From Squalus acanthias (taxonomy: Eukaryota), in NCBI GenBank assembly GCA_030390025.1, contig JASTWF010000345.1:310001-374000 (forward strand): DNA of 64,000 nt, read 5' to 3'. Of this stretch, positions 35,975 to 49,925 are shown in pieces. The notes below the pieces were generated by a model. The model worked only from the letters and a program-made list of their open reading frames with translations. It was not told the origin of the DNA and did no database searches. Numbering within the stretch: position 1 is the stretch's first letter; each line of letters starts with the position of its first letter. Made by a program: the position numbers and the translations under genes.

Positions 35975-36259
35975 ATGTGTGGGTTAGGTTGATTTGGCTA
36001 TGATAAATTGACCCTTAGTGTTAGGGGGGATTAAATATGTGGGGTTATGGGGGATAGGATGGGATATGTTAGGGGGAATTAAATACGTGGGGTTACGGGG
36101 GTAGGGTGGGATATGTGTACTGTGGGGATTAAAGCAGGGACAGGGTACTGGATTTGGATGATCAGCCATGATCGTATTGAATGGCGGAGCAGGCTCGACG
36201 GGCCGAATGGCCTACTCCTGCTCCTAGATTCTATGTTTCTATGTTTCTATGTTTCTATG
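35975..36259 (+). mobile_element. SINE-like 3' portion with a CR1-derived tail
   Basis: GTGGGTTAGGTTGATTTGGCTATGATAAATTGACCCTTAGTGT followed by the CR1 3' UTR and a (CTATGTTT)3 tail. Confidence 0.5.
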
Positions 36260-36275
36260 AAAGTCTATGCCACTG

Positions 36276-37570
36276 CGCCTGGAAATTCCGTGGGGGTTCT
36301 CTCCATCATCTGCTGTAACTTTGACCCAAACCCCGGAGAAATGGCACAATCACTCACCCCTTGGAAGAGACCACCACTGACATGATGGGAAGATGCACAA
36401 CACTCAGCACCAGAGATGGAGAATCTGGGGGCCTGGAGTCACAGCAGGGGTAGTGTGTATCTTCCCTATGTCTTCTCTTTCTGGTTAGTTCTCTTACTCA
36501 CGCATTCACTCACCTCCTGAGCACAACCTGGTGTTGCATAGCGTTGCCAAGTGCTTGCCATTGGAAGTCCATCTGAACCCTTGTCCCGCTCCTCTTTTTC
36601 TAGGTCCATCAGAAGACTTGGACGTTAATGCAAGAGTGAAGATCAAAACCTTGATGACGATGCACCATCACTTGCTCTTACCATGCCAAGCACCAGCACC
36701 AGCACAAAAATCAGCATCCTACATGATTTAGACAATGAGTTTGAAGGAAGTGCACTGGGGTATTTACTGAGCACAAGCGAACAGGAGCAGGTGGAGATGT
36801 CAAGGAAGGCTAAGGGAAGAGCTAACCAGAGGCCCAGCTCATGTTCTGCTTAGAAGGACAGAGATGCATACTTCAGGGGCCAGCGATCCAGAGATCAGCA
36901 ATTGCTGATGTAAACCGCCTACACACTATTTGTTCCCCTGGAGTGAAAAGCTTAGTGCCTGACAGAAGTGCTCAGTGATTCTATGAGGTGTTCCCCTAGT
37001 GGCTGCAACATGGGAGGCAATAGGCTGCTACGACTCAATCAAGGGCTCATGAGATGCTGGTGGTTGGTGCCCTGTTGAAGTTTGGGCCTGAGAAGGCCCA
37101 GCTGCAGACCGCAACAACTCATCTGGGAGAGTCTGGCTCAGCTTTTTTTCCAGCACTGATGCAGGCATTAGTTCAGGGGTCACAAGGGTACAAAGGTGTT
37201 AACATCATAAGAAATGGCATCATTTTTGAATCCCACTGCATGATTGCCCCAGCTACGAGGTTGAAACTCAGCATTCCCACTGATCTGCAGGAGGGGTGGG
37301 GGTGGGGTCATCTGCAACAGATCTCAAAGTGATCAGGCACTTCATGGTCAATGCCATGCATGAGAACCCAATACAAGTAGGTAGTGGGTTTTATCATCCT
37401 ATCCAGCAGTCCAATGCCATCAGCAATTGCTGGCACACAGTAATCATCCTCTTTTTAAATTTCAGTAGATTGGCGGAAATCCCAGAGAATTGGCCATATA
37501 TGCCGTTTCTTCGTAGTTTCCGCTGAAGTTATGGCATCAGATTGGGGGAAGCTCCGTGGAAATTGTACCT
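36276..37570. mobile_element. Degraded Harbinger-like element
   Basis: TIR-like GCCTGGAAATTCCGTGG on the left and CCGTGGAAATT on the right; interior resembles Myb exon 3 remnants. Confidence 0.35.
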
Positions 37571-38964
37571 CCCTGTGTTGCAAGATTCTACCAAGGGTAC
37601 TTACAATATGAATATTTTCAGCGAACCTCAAGATATTGGACTGTACCTTTTATTTACAGCTACTGCATAATTTTCACTTTTTTGCTTACAATAGTATGTA
37701 GCGTGCATTAATATTTCCTATTCTGTAAATGTGAAAAGGAATAAAGTCAGCACACTGACATGATAAGAGACCAAGGCATTATGAGAATGATTAACATCTC
37801 AGTTACTTTGGCCGATGCCAGGAACACCAGCATTCCTGAATATTGCTACCGAGGCCGGGCAATTTCTTAGATTTAATTTCAAATGATACATCACAACTGT
37901 TATTTGAAAATGCGCAGTAGAACTGGAGGCACTCATAATCTTCATGCAGAATTGTCAATGTAAAATGTCTGGAACATCCTGTAGCCTCAGGGATTTCCAA
38001 TAAATTAAAGAGAGCACTCTTTAAGAACAGGTCTATGCTTGCCAAGCAAGGGCACCTCCATCTGGTAGTAGTATCTACTGAGCTTTACAGAAAACACAAA
38101 ATATATTTCCTTAAACAACTAGAAATTCCTGTGCTTAAAGAGAGGGGTGTGTCCATTTGTTCACTGTTTAGTGGGTATCATTTTCAAAAGCAGCTTTATT
38201 TTCTTTATATTGAACCCATTTTAGTGCGATCAGCTCTATACAAAAATTTAGTTGTTTACAACAGCCACTGTTTAAGCTAATAGTTTTAAGTTTACCTGCT
38301 ATACTATTTCTACATGGCTGCTAACCATACTAACTACAGTGTGGGTTACTGTTTGTTTCAACATTTGGTTTTAAGACAGCCAAGGGGATAGAATTTCTGC
38401 AGGGGTTCCAGTGCTAACTTCAACAGGAGATTGGCGCAAGCCCCAGAGAAACAACCTACACAGCCTCTGTCTCCCATTTTAATAGGTGCGGGGTGGGGGT
38501 GGGGGGTTGGTGGCAGGTGAGCCCCAGAGGAGGGCCAGGCAGCTAAGCTTTAAAATTTAGTTTGAGGTTTCTTTGAGGGCCAGGAGGAGCAGGAGTGCAG
38601 ACGATGCAAGCTATGGCAGACGATCGGGAGAACCATCACAGAAATTCCAGACACGTATCTTTACTTACTATAACCTCAGACGAGCCAGATTTCACTCATC
38701 GGGGTGGCAGGGGGGGAACTTTAAACCATTCCACATTACATACACGGTGATTGCCCCCCTCAGAACTTCCAATATCATTCGGTCAAATGGACTTTCTGCC
38801 CACAAAGCTGTTAATTAGCGAGAGCTTCAACCAATCAAGGGTCCTGCTCTCTTCTCAAATGACTTAGAAATTGCCATGAATCAAAGTCACTATTTATTTA
38901 ATTGTAAGCAGCGACATGTGAACCATGCCTCCCAACAAACCCTGAAACAAGCCCAGCAGATGAT

Positions 38965-39292
38965 ACACAACAACAACTTGTATTTATATAGCGCCTTTAA
39001 CAGAATAAAAGGTCGCAAGGCACTTCACAGCAGTGATTATCAATAGCTTGGTCAAAGAAGTAGGTTTTAAGGAGCATGTCTTAAAGGAGTTGAGAGGTAG
39101 AGAGGTGGAGAGGTTTAGGGAGGGAATTCCAGAGCTCAGGGCCTTGGTAGCTGAAGGCACGGCCACCAACGGTGGAGTGAAGAAAATCGGGGATGCACAA
39201 GAGGCCAGAATTGGAGGAGTGCAGAGACCTAGGAGAGTTGTAGGGCTGGAGGAGGTTACAGAGACAGGGAGGGGAAGGATTTGTAAACAAGG
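38965..39292 (-). mobile_element. L2 3' fragment
   Basis: LCNLLQPYNSPRSLHSSNSGLL...VGGRAFSYQGPELWNSLP; (TTG)n tail. Confidence 0.8.
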
Positions 39293-40407
39293 TGACCATT
39301 CCAGTTAATTGACCCATAGAGCTTCCTGTTATTCTAATTTTTTATTAATCTCCATATGTAAGGATTGTTGAAGCTGGGATGCCTAGAACTGAACTGATGT
39401 GTTCCTCCTTGTAAAATACTAGGGACGATACTGATTTAATCCCTTACATGTTGATTCTAGCCATATAACAGTACAAAAATTCCACTTTGCCAAGTGCATT
39501 TTCTTGTTGCTATTCTAATGTGCATAAACTTACATTTATTCAAAGCCCATCTGCCATTCCTTAGCCCAGCCACTTAATTAGTTTAGATCTCTTTGTATGC
39601 TATCAATCTCCCTCACACTCATTACCTGGCAATGCAGCTTGTTGTCATCACCAAACCTTACAATATTACAAGAATGAATAGTGTGAACAGCAGGAGTCCC
39701 AGCACAGATCCCTGTGGAATTCAATTGCTCACTATCCCTCCCGACTGCAAGTTTTTTTTTCCATTTATCATCACCTTCTGCTTCTGTTGCTAAGCCAGTT
39801 TTGAATCCAGTAAGCTAATGTACCAACTGTTATTGTCAGTTCGAGCCAACTGTCACTTTTTGCAGTTGCTGTGTCCATGAGCATTATCGTCACTTTCCCT
39901 ACACATTTGCCTAATGATCTGGCAAGATGCATACTAATTCTTGAAACCATTTCTTCTGGTTTTAATTCAGGGCTTTTCAATTGTACTCGATTGTACCCTG
40001 AAAAACTTGTTTTGTGAGCATCGTTGTTTTTTTACAAATGTCAAGCAGAGGATACCAATAACAGAGTGAATACAATGCAAATGAACTGAGTGGATCTCAG
40101 TTTTCATTTTTTCTCTGTAACATATCCTTATGAAAGTATCCATATCATTTGCAAGTCAGCTTTCCTGCAGAGTAATCAGTCAAATGCATCTTAACCAGTT
40201 TTACAGCTCTTGTAATGTAATCACTATAATCAAAACTTGCACAAAATGACTGCAATAGCCACATTGAAAAATGTCTTTCAATGACTTTGCTGTGAAGTGT
40301 TCTGCTGGGCATGTAAGTGAACTCCTTTTAATGTCACGTTTTGGATTTGCACAGATATATCAAATTATCTTGAAGATAAGGTCATCTATATTTATAATCA
40401 ACCATGT

Positions 40408-41900
40408 CGTTTTGGGGCCCCTACTGTTTCTAACTTATATTAACAACTTCAAGTTAGAAGCTCAATGGGAGTTGGTCAAAGACATACTTGCTCTCGAGGC
40501 AGTACAAAGAAGGTTCACTCGGTTAATCCCGGGGATGAGGGGGTGGACATATGAGGAGAGGTTGAGTAGATTGGGACTCTACTCATTGGAGTTCAGAAGA
40601 ATGAGAGGCGATCTTATTGAAACATGTAAGATTGTGAAGGGGCTTGATCGGGTGGATGCGGTAAGGATGTTCCCAAGGATGGGTGAAACTAGAACTAGGG
40701 GGCATAATCTTAGAATAAGGGGCTGCTCTTTCAAAACTGAGATGAGGAGAAACTTCTTCACTCAGAGGGTAGTAGGTCTGTGGAATTTGCTGCCCCAGGA
40801 AGCTGTGGAAGCTAAATCATTAAATAAATTTAAAACAGAAATAGACAGTTTCCTAGAAGTAAAGGGAATTAGGGGTTATGGGGAGCGGGCAGGAAATTGG
40901 ACATGAGGCTGAGTTCGGATCGGTCAGGGCCCTGTGGGTGGCGGAGCGGGCCCAGGGGCTGAGTGGCCGGGTCCTGCTCCTACTTCTTGTGTTCTTTAGA
41001 TTTGAGGTTAGGATCAGATCAGCCATGATCTTCTTGAATGGCGGAGCAGGCTCGAGGGGCCGATTGGCCTACTCCTGCTCCTATTTTTTATGTTCTTATG
41101 TTCTTAAATTTGCAGATGATACCAAGCTTGGGATTGGGGAGAGAGGGGGGGAAGAGGAGACAGTACTGGTGTGGGGATGGGGAGAGGAAATCTAAAGAGG
41201 CAGCTAGGAATCTACAGAATGAGTTAGAAAAAATATTAGGAAGAGGAATAGCAGCAGATAAAATTTAATATAGACCAGTATAAAGTATTGAGAAAATGGA
41301 CTGAAATACTTCATGAGTGGTGTAGAAATTGCTAAAACACAACACTTAACATATCCAATCAACAAAGCAATCAGTATTCTGAACTATATAACCAAAACAG
41401 TAGAGTACAAGTCTGAGGACAGTGCTCTGGTCAGAGCACGTCTTGAGTATTGTGTCCAGTTCTGTTCACCAAGACTTAGAAAAGACATTGAAGTTCCAGA
41501 GGTAGTGCAGAGGAAAGTCACAGATTAAACCCTAGTGTCAGTGGACTGAGTTATGAAGAACGACTGGAGAAACTTGGGCTTTTCAGCATGGAAGAATGTG
41601 ATGGACAGGGGACCTCAGAGCATGTAAAACAGTAACTGGTATAGCAAAAGTAAATCTGGAACACAACTTCACAACAGTAGAGCATAAATTAAAGCTAGCA
41701 AAAGGCAAATTTAGGGCTGATATCTGAAAATGCTTCAAAAAGAGAGTGATCAACGAGTGTAATTTTGTTCTGGGTAGACTAGTGGAAGCAATGATCTTGG
41801 AATCATTTAAGAAACAGTTTGTTGCTGTAATGGGTGATTTTAGGTTTATTCTGGATGGATGAGCTAAAATGGGTTGAATGTCCTTCCTTTATCTTGTGAT
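40408..41900 (+). mobile_element. Old CR1 containing a younger CR1 3' insert (about 40478-41104)
   Basis: Outer: VLGPLLFLTYINN ... KFADDTKLG resumes after the insert. Inner: DILALEAVQRRFTRLIPGMRG...RTRGH...RVVGLWNLLP with a (TTATGTTC)n tail. Confidence 0.85.
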
Positions 41901-43277
41901 TTTGTGAGATTTGAGAAACCATCTCCACAAAACTACGAATGGCTTTCGACTGTTCATATATTCAGTGAATGAGTTAAATACTTACACATGCAAGATTTAT
42001 TCATTTGAATGTGTGAGCATTTCATTCAGAACTAAGAAATTGATACTTATAAATTCAAGTCAGCCACTCTTAATTTGCAGAGCGTAGACATACTTAGCAT
42101 ATACAATAGTTTTGTGCAGTTTTGAATGAAATTAATAGAACTGCTCACACCAAATTAAAAAACAAGGCACAGCTCAAGCATGCATACTATAATATCACAA
42201 GACATTAACCACTCAAGTGCATAATTGTATATATGTCAATGCCTCCACTGTATATTGTAGAAACTGGCAAGGTGACAATATTTGCTCAACCGGTTTATTT
42301 CCAGTTTGTGCTCACTGCAGTATTTTATTAATTAGAACTTTCCTATGCTAAAGATGAACATATGGGCTGAAATGATAATTATATACAGTAGCTAATGTAC
42401 TTCAGATTCAGCGGGAGTTGGGATGAATCAAATTGTGAATCACAGCAACCCAGTTTTAAGCAAATCTGGGTCGGGTACAAAGCTAGAGTTTGCCAGCTGG
42501 CATTTCTACTATTTCATCTTTTCTGCTAGTTAAGAAACATAAGTTGCCCGAAACATCTCAAAATAGGTGTTACATGTTGGTTGGTTGCTAATAGGTGAGA
42601 TCAGTGAATCTGGACACCACGAAAACTTCACCAGGAAACAGAGGAGCTCCCACCATTTATATTAGCAGGGATTCAAAAATACCAGAAACACCAGTACTTT
42701 ACATTTTACCAAAATAAGGAAAATATACTACCTCATGGTTTTATGCACAGGCTTGCAGAGTGAGCGGATAAATGGCAAATGAAATTCAATATAATGCGAG
42801 GTGGTTAATAAATACAATTAAAAGGGGGAAAGAGGGAAGAAAAGTAAAAAACACACATTGCACAGCAAAACAACAACATTCTTTGACATGACAATATAGA
42901 GTAGAATATCCAGGTCGTCACATGTAACAAGGAACCTTGCCCACTGCCCATGATTTTCTAATGTATGCTTGCAGCATGCAAGGGCTAAGAAAATCTACAC
43001 TTAACTATTAAAATTTGATAAATCAAAAAAAAGGGGGTATCTTCACATGTACTTTATTTTGTGGGAATCCAATTCCAAGGGGGTGACATTTTTCTTGTTG
43101 ATAATTGTACTGAAAAAAATCAATGCAAGTACAAACCGGAGTTTTTATTTTGTACTTATGCTGATTTTTTGACAAAACTATTGAAGAACCTCACCTGGGG
43201 GAGGGGTAAGGCCATCTCTAAGAACTAAACATAAAGGGCCTAAAATTCCATGTGTTATATACAATTTCACAGGGGGT

Positions 43278-43822
43278 GCAAGAACAGAGCGACCTGGGGG
43301 TGTTTGTGCACAATCTTTGAAGGTGGCAGGACAGGTTAACAAAGCAATTAATAAAGCATACGGGATCCTGGGCTTTCTAAATAGAATACAAAAGCCAGGA
43401 AGTAATGCTAAACATATTTAAAACACTAGTTTGGCCCCAGCTGGAGTATTATGTCCAATTCTGGGCACTACACTTTGGAAGGATGTGAAGGCTTTTAGAT
43501 TGGAGAAGCTGGGGTTGTTCTCCTTAGAGCAGAAAAGGCTAAGAGGAGATTTGATAGAGGTGTTTAAAATCATGAAGTGTTTTAGATAGAGTAAATAAAG
43601 AGAAACTGTTTCCAATTGCTGTAGGGTCAATAAGCAGAGGCCACAGATTTAAGGTGATTGGCAAAAGTAGCCTTCAAAATGGAACTGGATAAATACCTGA
43701 AGGAGAAAAAACTGCAGGGATATGGGGAAAGAGCGGGGGAGTGGGACTAATGGGATTGCTCTTTGAAAGAGCCGGTGCAGACTCGATGGGCCTCCTTCTG
43801 TGCTGTACTATTCTATGATTCT
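43278..43822 (+). mobile_element. CR1 3' fragment with internal deletions
   Basis: EQSDLGV, PQLEYYVQFWA, SLEQKRLRGDLIEVFKIM and the 3' UTR. Confidence 0.8.
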
Positions 43823-44509
43823 ATAGCTGTTTACATGGTTTCCCTTGAGATTCCACCAGTCTCCCACTGGATTTATGATGGAAGACCAATAGAACCCCTG
43901 CAGTATTTCAGGACCAAACAGTTCACAAATAATTATCTGCTCTCTTCAATGTGCAGAAAATGAACAGTACATTTCAGATCTCTCTTTCCCCAACCCTTCA
44001 TGGCTGATCCTAAGATTTCTGCTATAGCATAAAAATTGAAATTGCATTATGCTGTGTTAAATTATGTTAATTAACCATTGGTGGCTGTTATCTGCAATAG
44101 TGTCTACTTTTTGCCCTAGTAGCAACTTCCCAGCAACTGAATGATGTTGTTTAAAGAAAATAATTGGGCATCCTCACATAGGTCAGCGAGTTTATTTAGT
44201 GAGTAGCCTAGGCATGCAGACTAGGAAGGTAAAAGGTCCTGTACAGAGGTGCTGTACCTCGATCAGGGTGGTGGTTGAGGCACGACAATTGGCTTCAGCA
44301 CCTCTGACAAGGGAAGGGAAAATTACATGGGTTCACAGTCTCGATTGCTCTACAGCGACCCCTGCTGGAAGTGCACGTGGGTGGAAACCAGGTGAGGAAA
44401 GAATAGACTCAGCTGTGGTGGCCCCCACCAAGGTCAAATGGCTGGCTGGCATTTCACTGTCAAAGCTTAACACATGAATAATGGTTAAGACCATCTCCAT
44501 TAACTCTAA

Positions 44510-44659
44510 AGGGCCAATTTTACAATTGTGTGCTCCTGCATGGAGCCTCGCCCGTCGGGAGCACATATCTGGAAATTGTTGGCACTTCCCAACTTTCTGT
44601 CCATTTCCTACTGCATGCTCTCCGTGCACAAGAGAGTGCTAGTTCCTAAAATTGGCCCT
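44510..44659. mobile_element. 150-bp Harbinger-type MITE
   Basis: Perfect 13-bp TIRs AGGGCCAATTTTA / TAAAATTGGCCCT with TAA duplicated at 44507-44509 and 44660-44662. Confidence 0.75.
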
Positions 44660-45940
44660 TAAATCTAGTCTGCATTTTTGCAATGTAACTTCTACTTGCC
44701 ATTTTTTTTTGTCTTGTATATATCAAGTGCATTGCAATCAGGACAACAGAGCAGGGGGGACTTTCATTTCATGACTGAAAACTAGTTTTGAATCCAGTTC
44801 AGAGAAATGGGATGAAACTTTGTCCTCCTGGCTAGCTCCAATGCTGTTCTCAATGAAGTTTGCAGCACAAAACTGTCCATATTTCACTACCTGGGCAATC
44901 TGACAAGTGATTAAAACCTATCTCTTCCACCTGTCCTAATGTTTCCTTCTTTGGCTCGGTGTCAATTTTTGTCTGATTACTCTCCTGCGAAGTGCCTTGG
45001 GACGTTTTACTACATCAAATACACTATATAAATGCAAGTTGTTGATTTGATAGAGGCGTTTAAAATTATGAAGAGATGGGAGCGAGTAGATAGAAACAGA
45101 CTTTTTACAATGATTGAGGGTTTAGAATGAGGGGATATAGAAATAAGATTAGATTTATGAGATTTAGAACAGAGAGCAGGAGGAAATGTTTTTACACAGA
45201 CCAGTGTGAGGCTGTTGAATGCAATCAGAATGAAGCAGAGACCATGTCACATTTAAGAATAGGTTAAATATGTAGTTAGTTAAACATCTGTTGTGGGGAA
45301 GTTATTGGAATCTATAATTAAGGACAGAGTGATTGAGCATTTAGAGAAATTTGAGCTGATTAGAGAGAGCCAACATGGATTTCTAAAGTTTAGGTCATGT
45401 CTAACGAACCTAATTGAATTTTTGAGGAAGTAACTAATGTAGCAGACAGGGAAAGGTCTATAGATTTACAAGGATGACACCAGAATTGCAAGGTTATACC
45501 TATCAGGAAAGGATGAACAGGCTGGGTCTCCTTTCTCTTGAAAAGAGAAGGCTGAGGGGTGACCTAATAGAGGTCTTTATGATTATGAGAGGTTTTGATA
45601 GAGTAGACAGAGAGAGAGAGTAGACAGAGAGAGAGTGGCCGGAATTTTCTTTACCTGGGCGGGTCTGGTGCGGGCGGTCGGCATAGCGGGTTGGCACCCC
45701 GTTCCTCATTTCATGCCGCTCCTCAGAGCGACTTTTCCTTAAAGAGGCCTATTAAGGCAGGCCTGAACATTACCCGGCTCTATTAAATGGTGCAGGTCTG
45801 ATGGCGTCCTCGATGACTCATTTCCAGCCAAGATATTTAAAGGAGCCTTGGCCACATTGCATTTGAATGTTCATCTAGGAGTGTGCAGTCACTATATTTT
45901 ATCATTTGGGTCCTGCTAAGCCTTGAACACATGACTGCTC

Positions 45941-46340
45941 AGATAATGAAGCAGTCCATGCCAGCATGCAACAAGACCTGGACGATGTTCAGGCTTGGGC
46001 TGATAAGTGGCAGGTAACATTCGCGCCACAGAAGTGCCAGGCAATGACTATCTCCAACAAGCGAGAGTCTAACCACTGCACCTTGACATTCAACAGTATT
46101 ACCATCGCCAAATCCCCCACCATCACCTCCAAGTTCCCCTCCAAGTCACACACCATCCTGACTTAGAAGTATATCGCCGATCCTTCATCGTCGCTGGGTC
46201 AAAATCCTGGAACTTCCTCCCTAACAGCACTGTGGGAGTACCTTCACCACACGGACTGCAGCGGTTCAAGAAGGCAGGATGGCCAATAAATGCTGGCCTT
46301 GCCAGCAACGCCCACATCCCATAAACGAATAAAAACAAAA
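45941..46340 (+). mobile_element. CR1/L2-group LINE fragment inserted at the Myb start
   Basis: MQQDLDDVQAWADKWQVTFAP, same family as 15475-16985; A-rich tail ending 46340; the Myb ORF resumes after it. Confidence 0.82.
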
Positions 46341-47519
46341 GGCACAGAGCTGCACCCAGATGACTCCCTCCATATGCTTGTGGAGGGAGTCAGAGCACAC
46401 AGGAAGGCCCTCTTCCCTTCTGATGGGCGCAAGAGACCTCCCCAGCAGACCAAAAGAGCCTGGCTGGTGGTAGCAGAGGTAGTCAACAGCAGGGTTTTTG
46501 TGAGAAGGACCTGGGTGCAATGCCGGAAGCACCTCAATGATCTCATTAGATCAGGAAAGGTGCGTGCAAAGCCACACTCAACTTTACCCTGCTTATCATA
46601 TCCCAATCACTCTGTCTTCCCAAGCCTGCTCCTGCACATCATTACTCATACCAACATACCTTGCACGTCCACCCATCCCTCTCTCTCTCTATCTACATTA
46701 TCACATCCCCATCTGACTAACCACCACTCACGCTCACCCTCATCCTAATGCATTCATACCAAGTAACACCACACAAGGAGGCCATTTGGCATTGGCACCA
46801 CACTCCCTCATAGTCTCACTCTGAAGATGTAACCCATCCATTCCTTACACTCACTCCATCACTCTCACTCAAATTTCTCTTCTTTCCCTCCTTGCAGGAG
46901 AACAGCCCACAATAAGAGGGAAAAGGAGAGAACTGGAGGTGGCATTCCCTCATTGGCCACGTTAACTCCAGCAGTGGAGGTCGCCCTGGAGGTCTCAGGA
47001 GTTGCAGAGCAGCTGGCGGTGGGAGACAGAGAGAGGGGGACATCTCAGCAACCTGGTGACAGAATTACATCTCATACAGCCACATGGCATACAGCAGTCA
47101 CTCATATGGGGACTGATGTCAGCAGCCAGTGAATGTTCATCATGTGCATAATGGTATCCTTACCCATTATTGATATGACATTTCTAAATCATCTCTTTAC
47201 TCTCCCACAGGTCCATCAAGAGCCCTCTCCCCCCTACTGTCCAGGAGGAAGAGGAGCCTCCAGCCTCTGAGGGTGCACCATCACCAGACATAAGCGCACC
47301 CAGCACCAGCGCAGAGATGCACACCTCGGTGTGTCCTACGCGAGATAGAGTAGTCTTGTCACCTGGTGTGTCACAAGTCACTAGTGAGCAAGAGCAGATG
47401 GTGTAGACAGGGACAGCAGTGGAGACTCCTCACCAGAGGGTGCAGGACGTTCCCAGCTCTGCTCTGCTGCATGCAGAAAGAGGGCAGTCCTGGAGGTGCA
47501 GGAAGAAGTGCAGGAGGCT

Positions 47520-49925
47520 TACATAGGATTACATAGAATATACGGCCCAGAAACAGGCCATTCGGCCCACCCAGTCCATGCCAGTGTTTATGCTCCACTC
47601 GAGCCTCCTCCCGTCTTTCTTCATCTAAATCTATCAGCATAACCCTCTATTCCCTTCTCCCTCACATGCTTGTCTAGTCTCCCCTTAAATGCATCTATAC
47701 TTTTCGCTTCAACCACTCCCTGTGGTAGCGAGTTCCACATTCTCACCACTCTTTGGGTAAAGAAGTTTCTTCTGAATTCCCGAATGGATTTCTTGGTGAC
47801 TATCTTATATTGATGGCCTTTAGTTATGCTCTTCCCCACAAGTGGAAACATTCTCTCTGTATCCACTCTATTAAAACCTTTCAGAATTTTAAAGACCTCT
47901 ATTAGGTCACCCCTTAGCCTTCTTTTTTCAAGAGAAAAGAGACCCAGCCTGTTCATCCTTTCCTGATATGTATACCCTCGCATTTCTGGTATCATCCTTG
48001 TAAATCTTCTCTGCATCCTCTCCAGTGCCTCTATATCCTTTATATAATATGGCGACCAGAACTGTACGCAGTACTCTAAGGGGTAACAATTCAGTTGGTT
48101 GCGCCTCCCGTTAGCGCCTTAAGAGGGCGCTAATGGGGCGCAAAGCCGCTAACGCCCGGGCGCAGCGATGTTTGCGCCGCTCGGGAACTTAACTTGACAT
48201 TGTGCGGCGGCGCTAAAACTTACCGCTGCGACCACCTGCGCGCGCAGATTGTGACGTCATTCCATGGTGCAACGCCCTTGTGGCGCCCCGGAGCGGAAAT
48301 TGAGTGGCGCCCCCTGCCTTACCGCCTGGCGCTTCCAACGACCAGAAGACTGGAACGCTATCAATCGCTGTGGGGCTGGGGGGGGGCGCTATTTAAAGGG
48401 GGCCTCTTCCTGTCTTTTATTGTTGGTGGCATTTTTGAACTACGCATTCTGAGAGAGAGAGGGAGAGACTTCTGGAGAGATTCAACGTTGTGTGAAGGAG
48501 TTTTGGGTACTGAGCAGCACTTTGCAGGTTCATTTTGATTTGCCATTCCTTGTATCGATTTAGCAGAGACTGTGGGAGCTGCACTCTGAGCTCTTTGCCT
48601 GGTACTCTCCATTGTTCTTTCCAGCACATTTGATGTGCAAGTCTCTCCAGGCCGAGATTCAAGGCTGCAATGAACAGGATGTGGATGGAAAGCAAGATTA
48701 ACCATCCCCTTTAAGAACTGGCCCGTGCCATTGTGTGTGTGTTCCATTGCTGACTGACATTACATGAGCTTCGCCAGCGCTCTGAGTTAGCGCCTCACTG
48801 CTCGGCCTTTGCGCCTTAAGACAGGTGTGCAGCGCCTGATTTAGTGCTCCACTCACCTCCCGGGGCGGTAAAAGTGAAGTTTCCAGTCAGTGCCGATAAT
48901 TAGCGCCAGGCGCTAATATTTGCGTCCAGACGATATTTGCGCCCCAAATGGGGCGCGACCTAATTTCTACCCCTAAGTGTGGTCTAACTAAGGTTCGATG
49001 CAGGTTTAGCATAACTTCCCTACTTTTCAATTCTATCCCGCTAGAAATAAACCCTAGTGCTTGGTTTGCTTTTTTTATGGCCTTGCCTAACTGCATCGCA
49101 ATTTTTAGTGATTTGTGTATTTGTACTCCTAGATCCCTTTGTTCCTCTACCCCACCTAGACTCACACCCTCCAAGTGATAAGTGACCTCGCTATTCTTCC
49201 TACCATAATGTAATACCTCACATTTATTTGTGTTGAACTTCATTTGCCAATTATATGCCCATTCTGCAAGTTTATTAATGTCCTCCTGTAATTTGTTGCA
49301 GTCCTCCTCAGTATTGACTATCCCCCCCAATTTGATGTCATCCCAAATTTAGAAATTGTGTTTTTGATTCCTAAGTCTAAATCATTAATGTAAATTGTGA
49401 ACAGCAGTGGTCCCAGCACTGATCATTGTGGAACACCTTCTGCCACTGTGAATAGCTACCCTTTATTCCTACTCTCTGCTTTCTGTCCTGAAGCCAGCCA
49501 GCAATCCATTCTGCTACTTGTCCCCTGACTCTGCATTCTCTGACCTTGTTCATCAGTCTATTATGGGGTACCTTATTGAAGGCCTTTTGAAAATCCAGAT
49601 AAGTTAATCTACTGAATTACCATTGTCCACTCTCTCTGTTACCTCTTCAAAAATCCAATAAGGTTGGTCAAGTAAGACTTTCTCTTTTGAAATCTATGTT
49701 GACTATTCATTATTATATTTTTGGTTTCTAGATGTTCTTCTATTTTCTCCTTTAGTAGGGTTAAGCTGACTGGACTATAATTCCCTGGACATGTTCGATC
49801 CCCCTTCTTAAATATCAGTATTACATTAGCTATCCGCCAGTCCTCTGGCACTATACCTTTTTCTAATGATTTATTAAATATGCGTAGTAATGCCTCTGCT
49901 ATCTCTTCCCTAGATTCTTTAAAAA
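47520..49925 (-). mobile_element. CR1 inserted into the family B Myb exon 3
   Basis: KESREEIAEALLRIFNKSLEKGIVPEDWRIANV...QRRFTRMIPEMRGYTYQER; Myb sequence CAGGAGGCT|...|GCTCTGACAGG flanks it. Confidence 0.9.
48080..48973 (-). mobile_element. Non-autonomous derivative (MITE) of Harbinger family A
   Basis: Both ends nearly identical to the ends of 19077-23281 (inverted); perfect TAA TSD at 48077-48079 and 48974-48976 inside a CR1. Confidence 0.95.

Noticed and set aside
40271..40906. 211-aa ORF as a gene
   Set aside because: Chance fusion of flank, old CR1 and young CR1 sequence.
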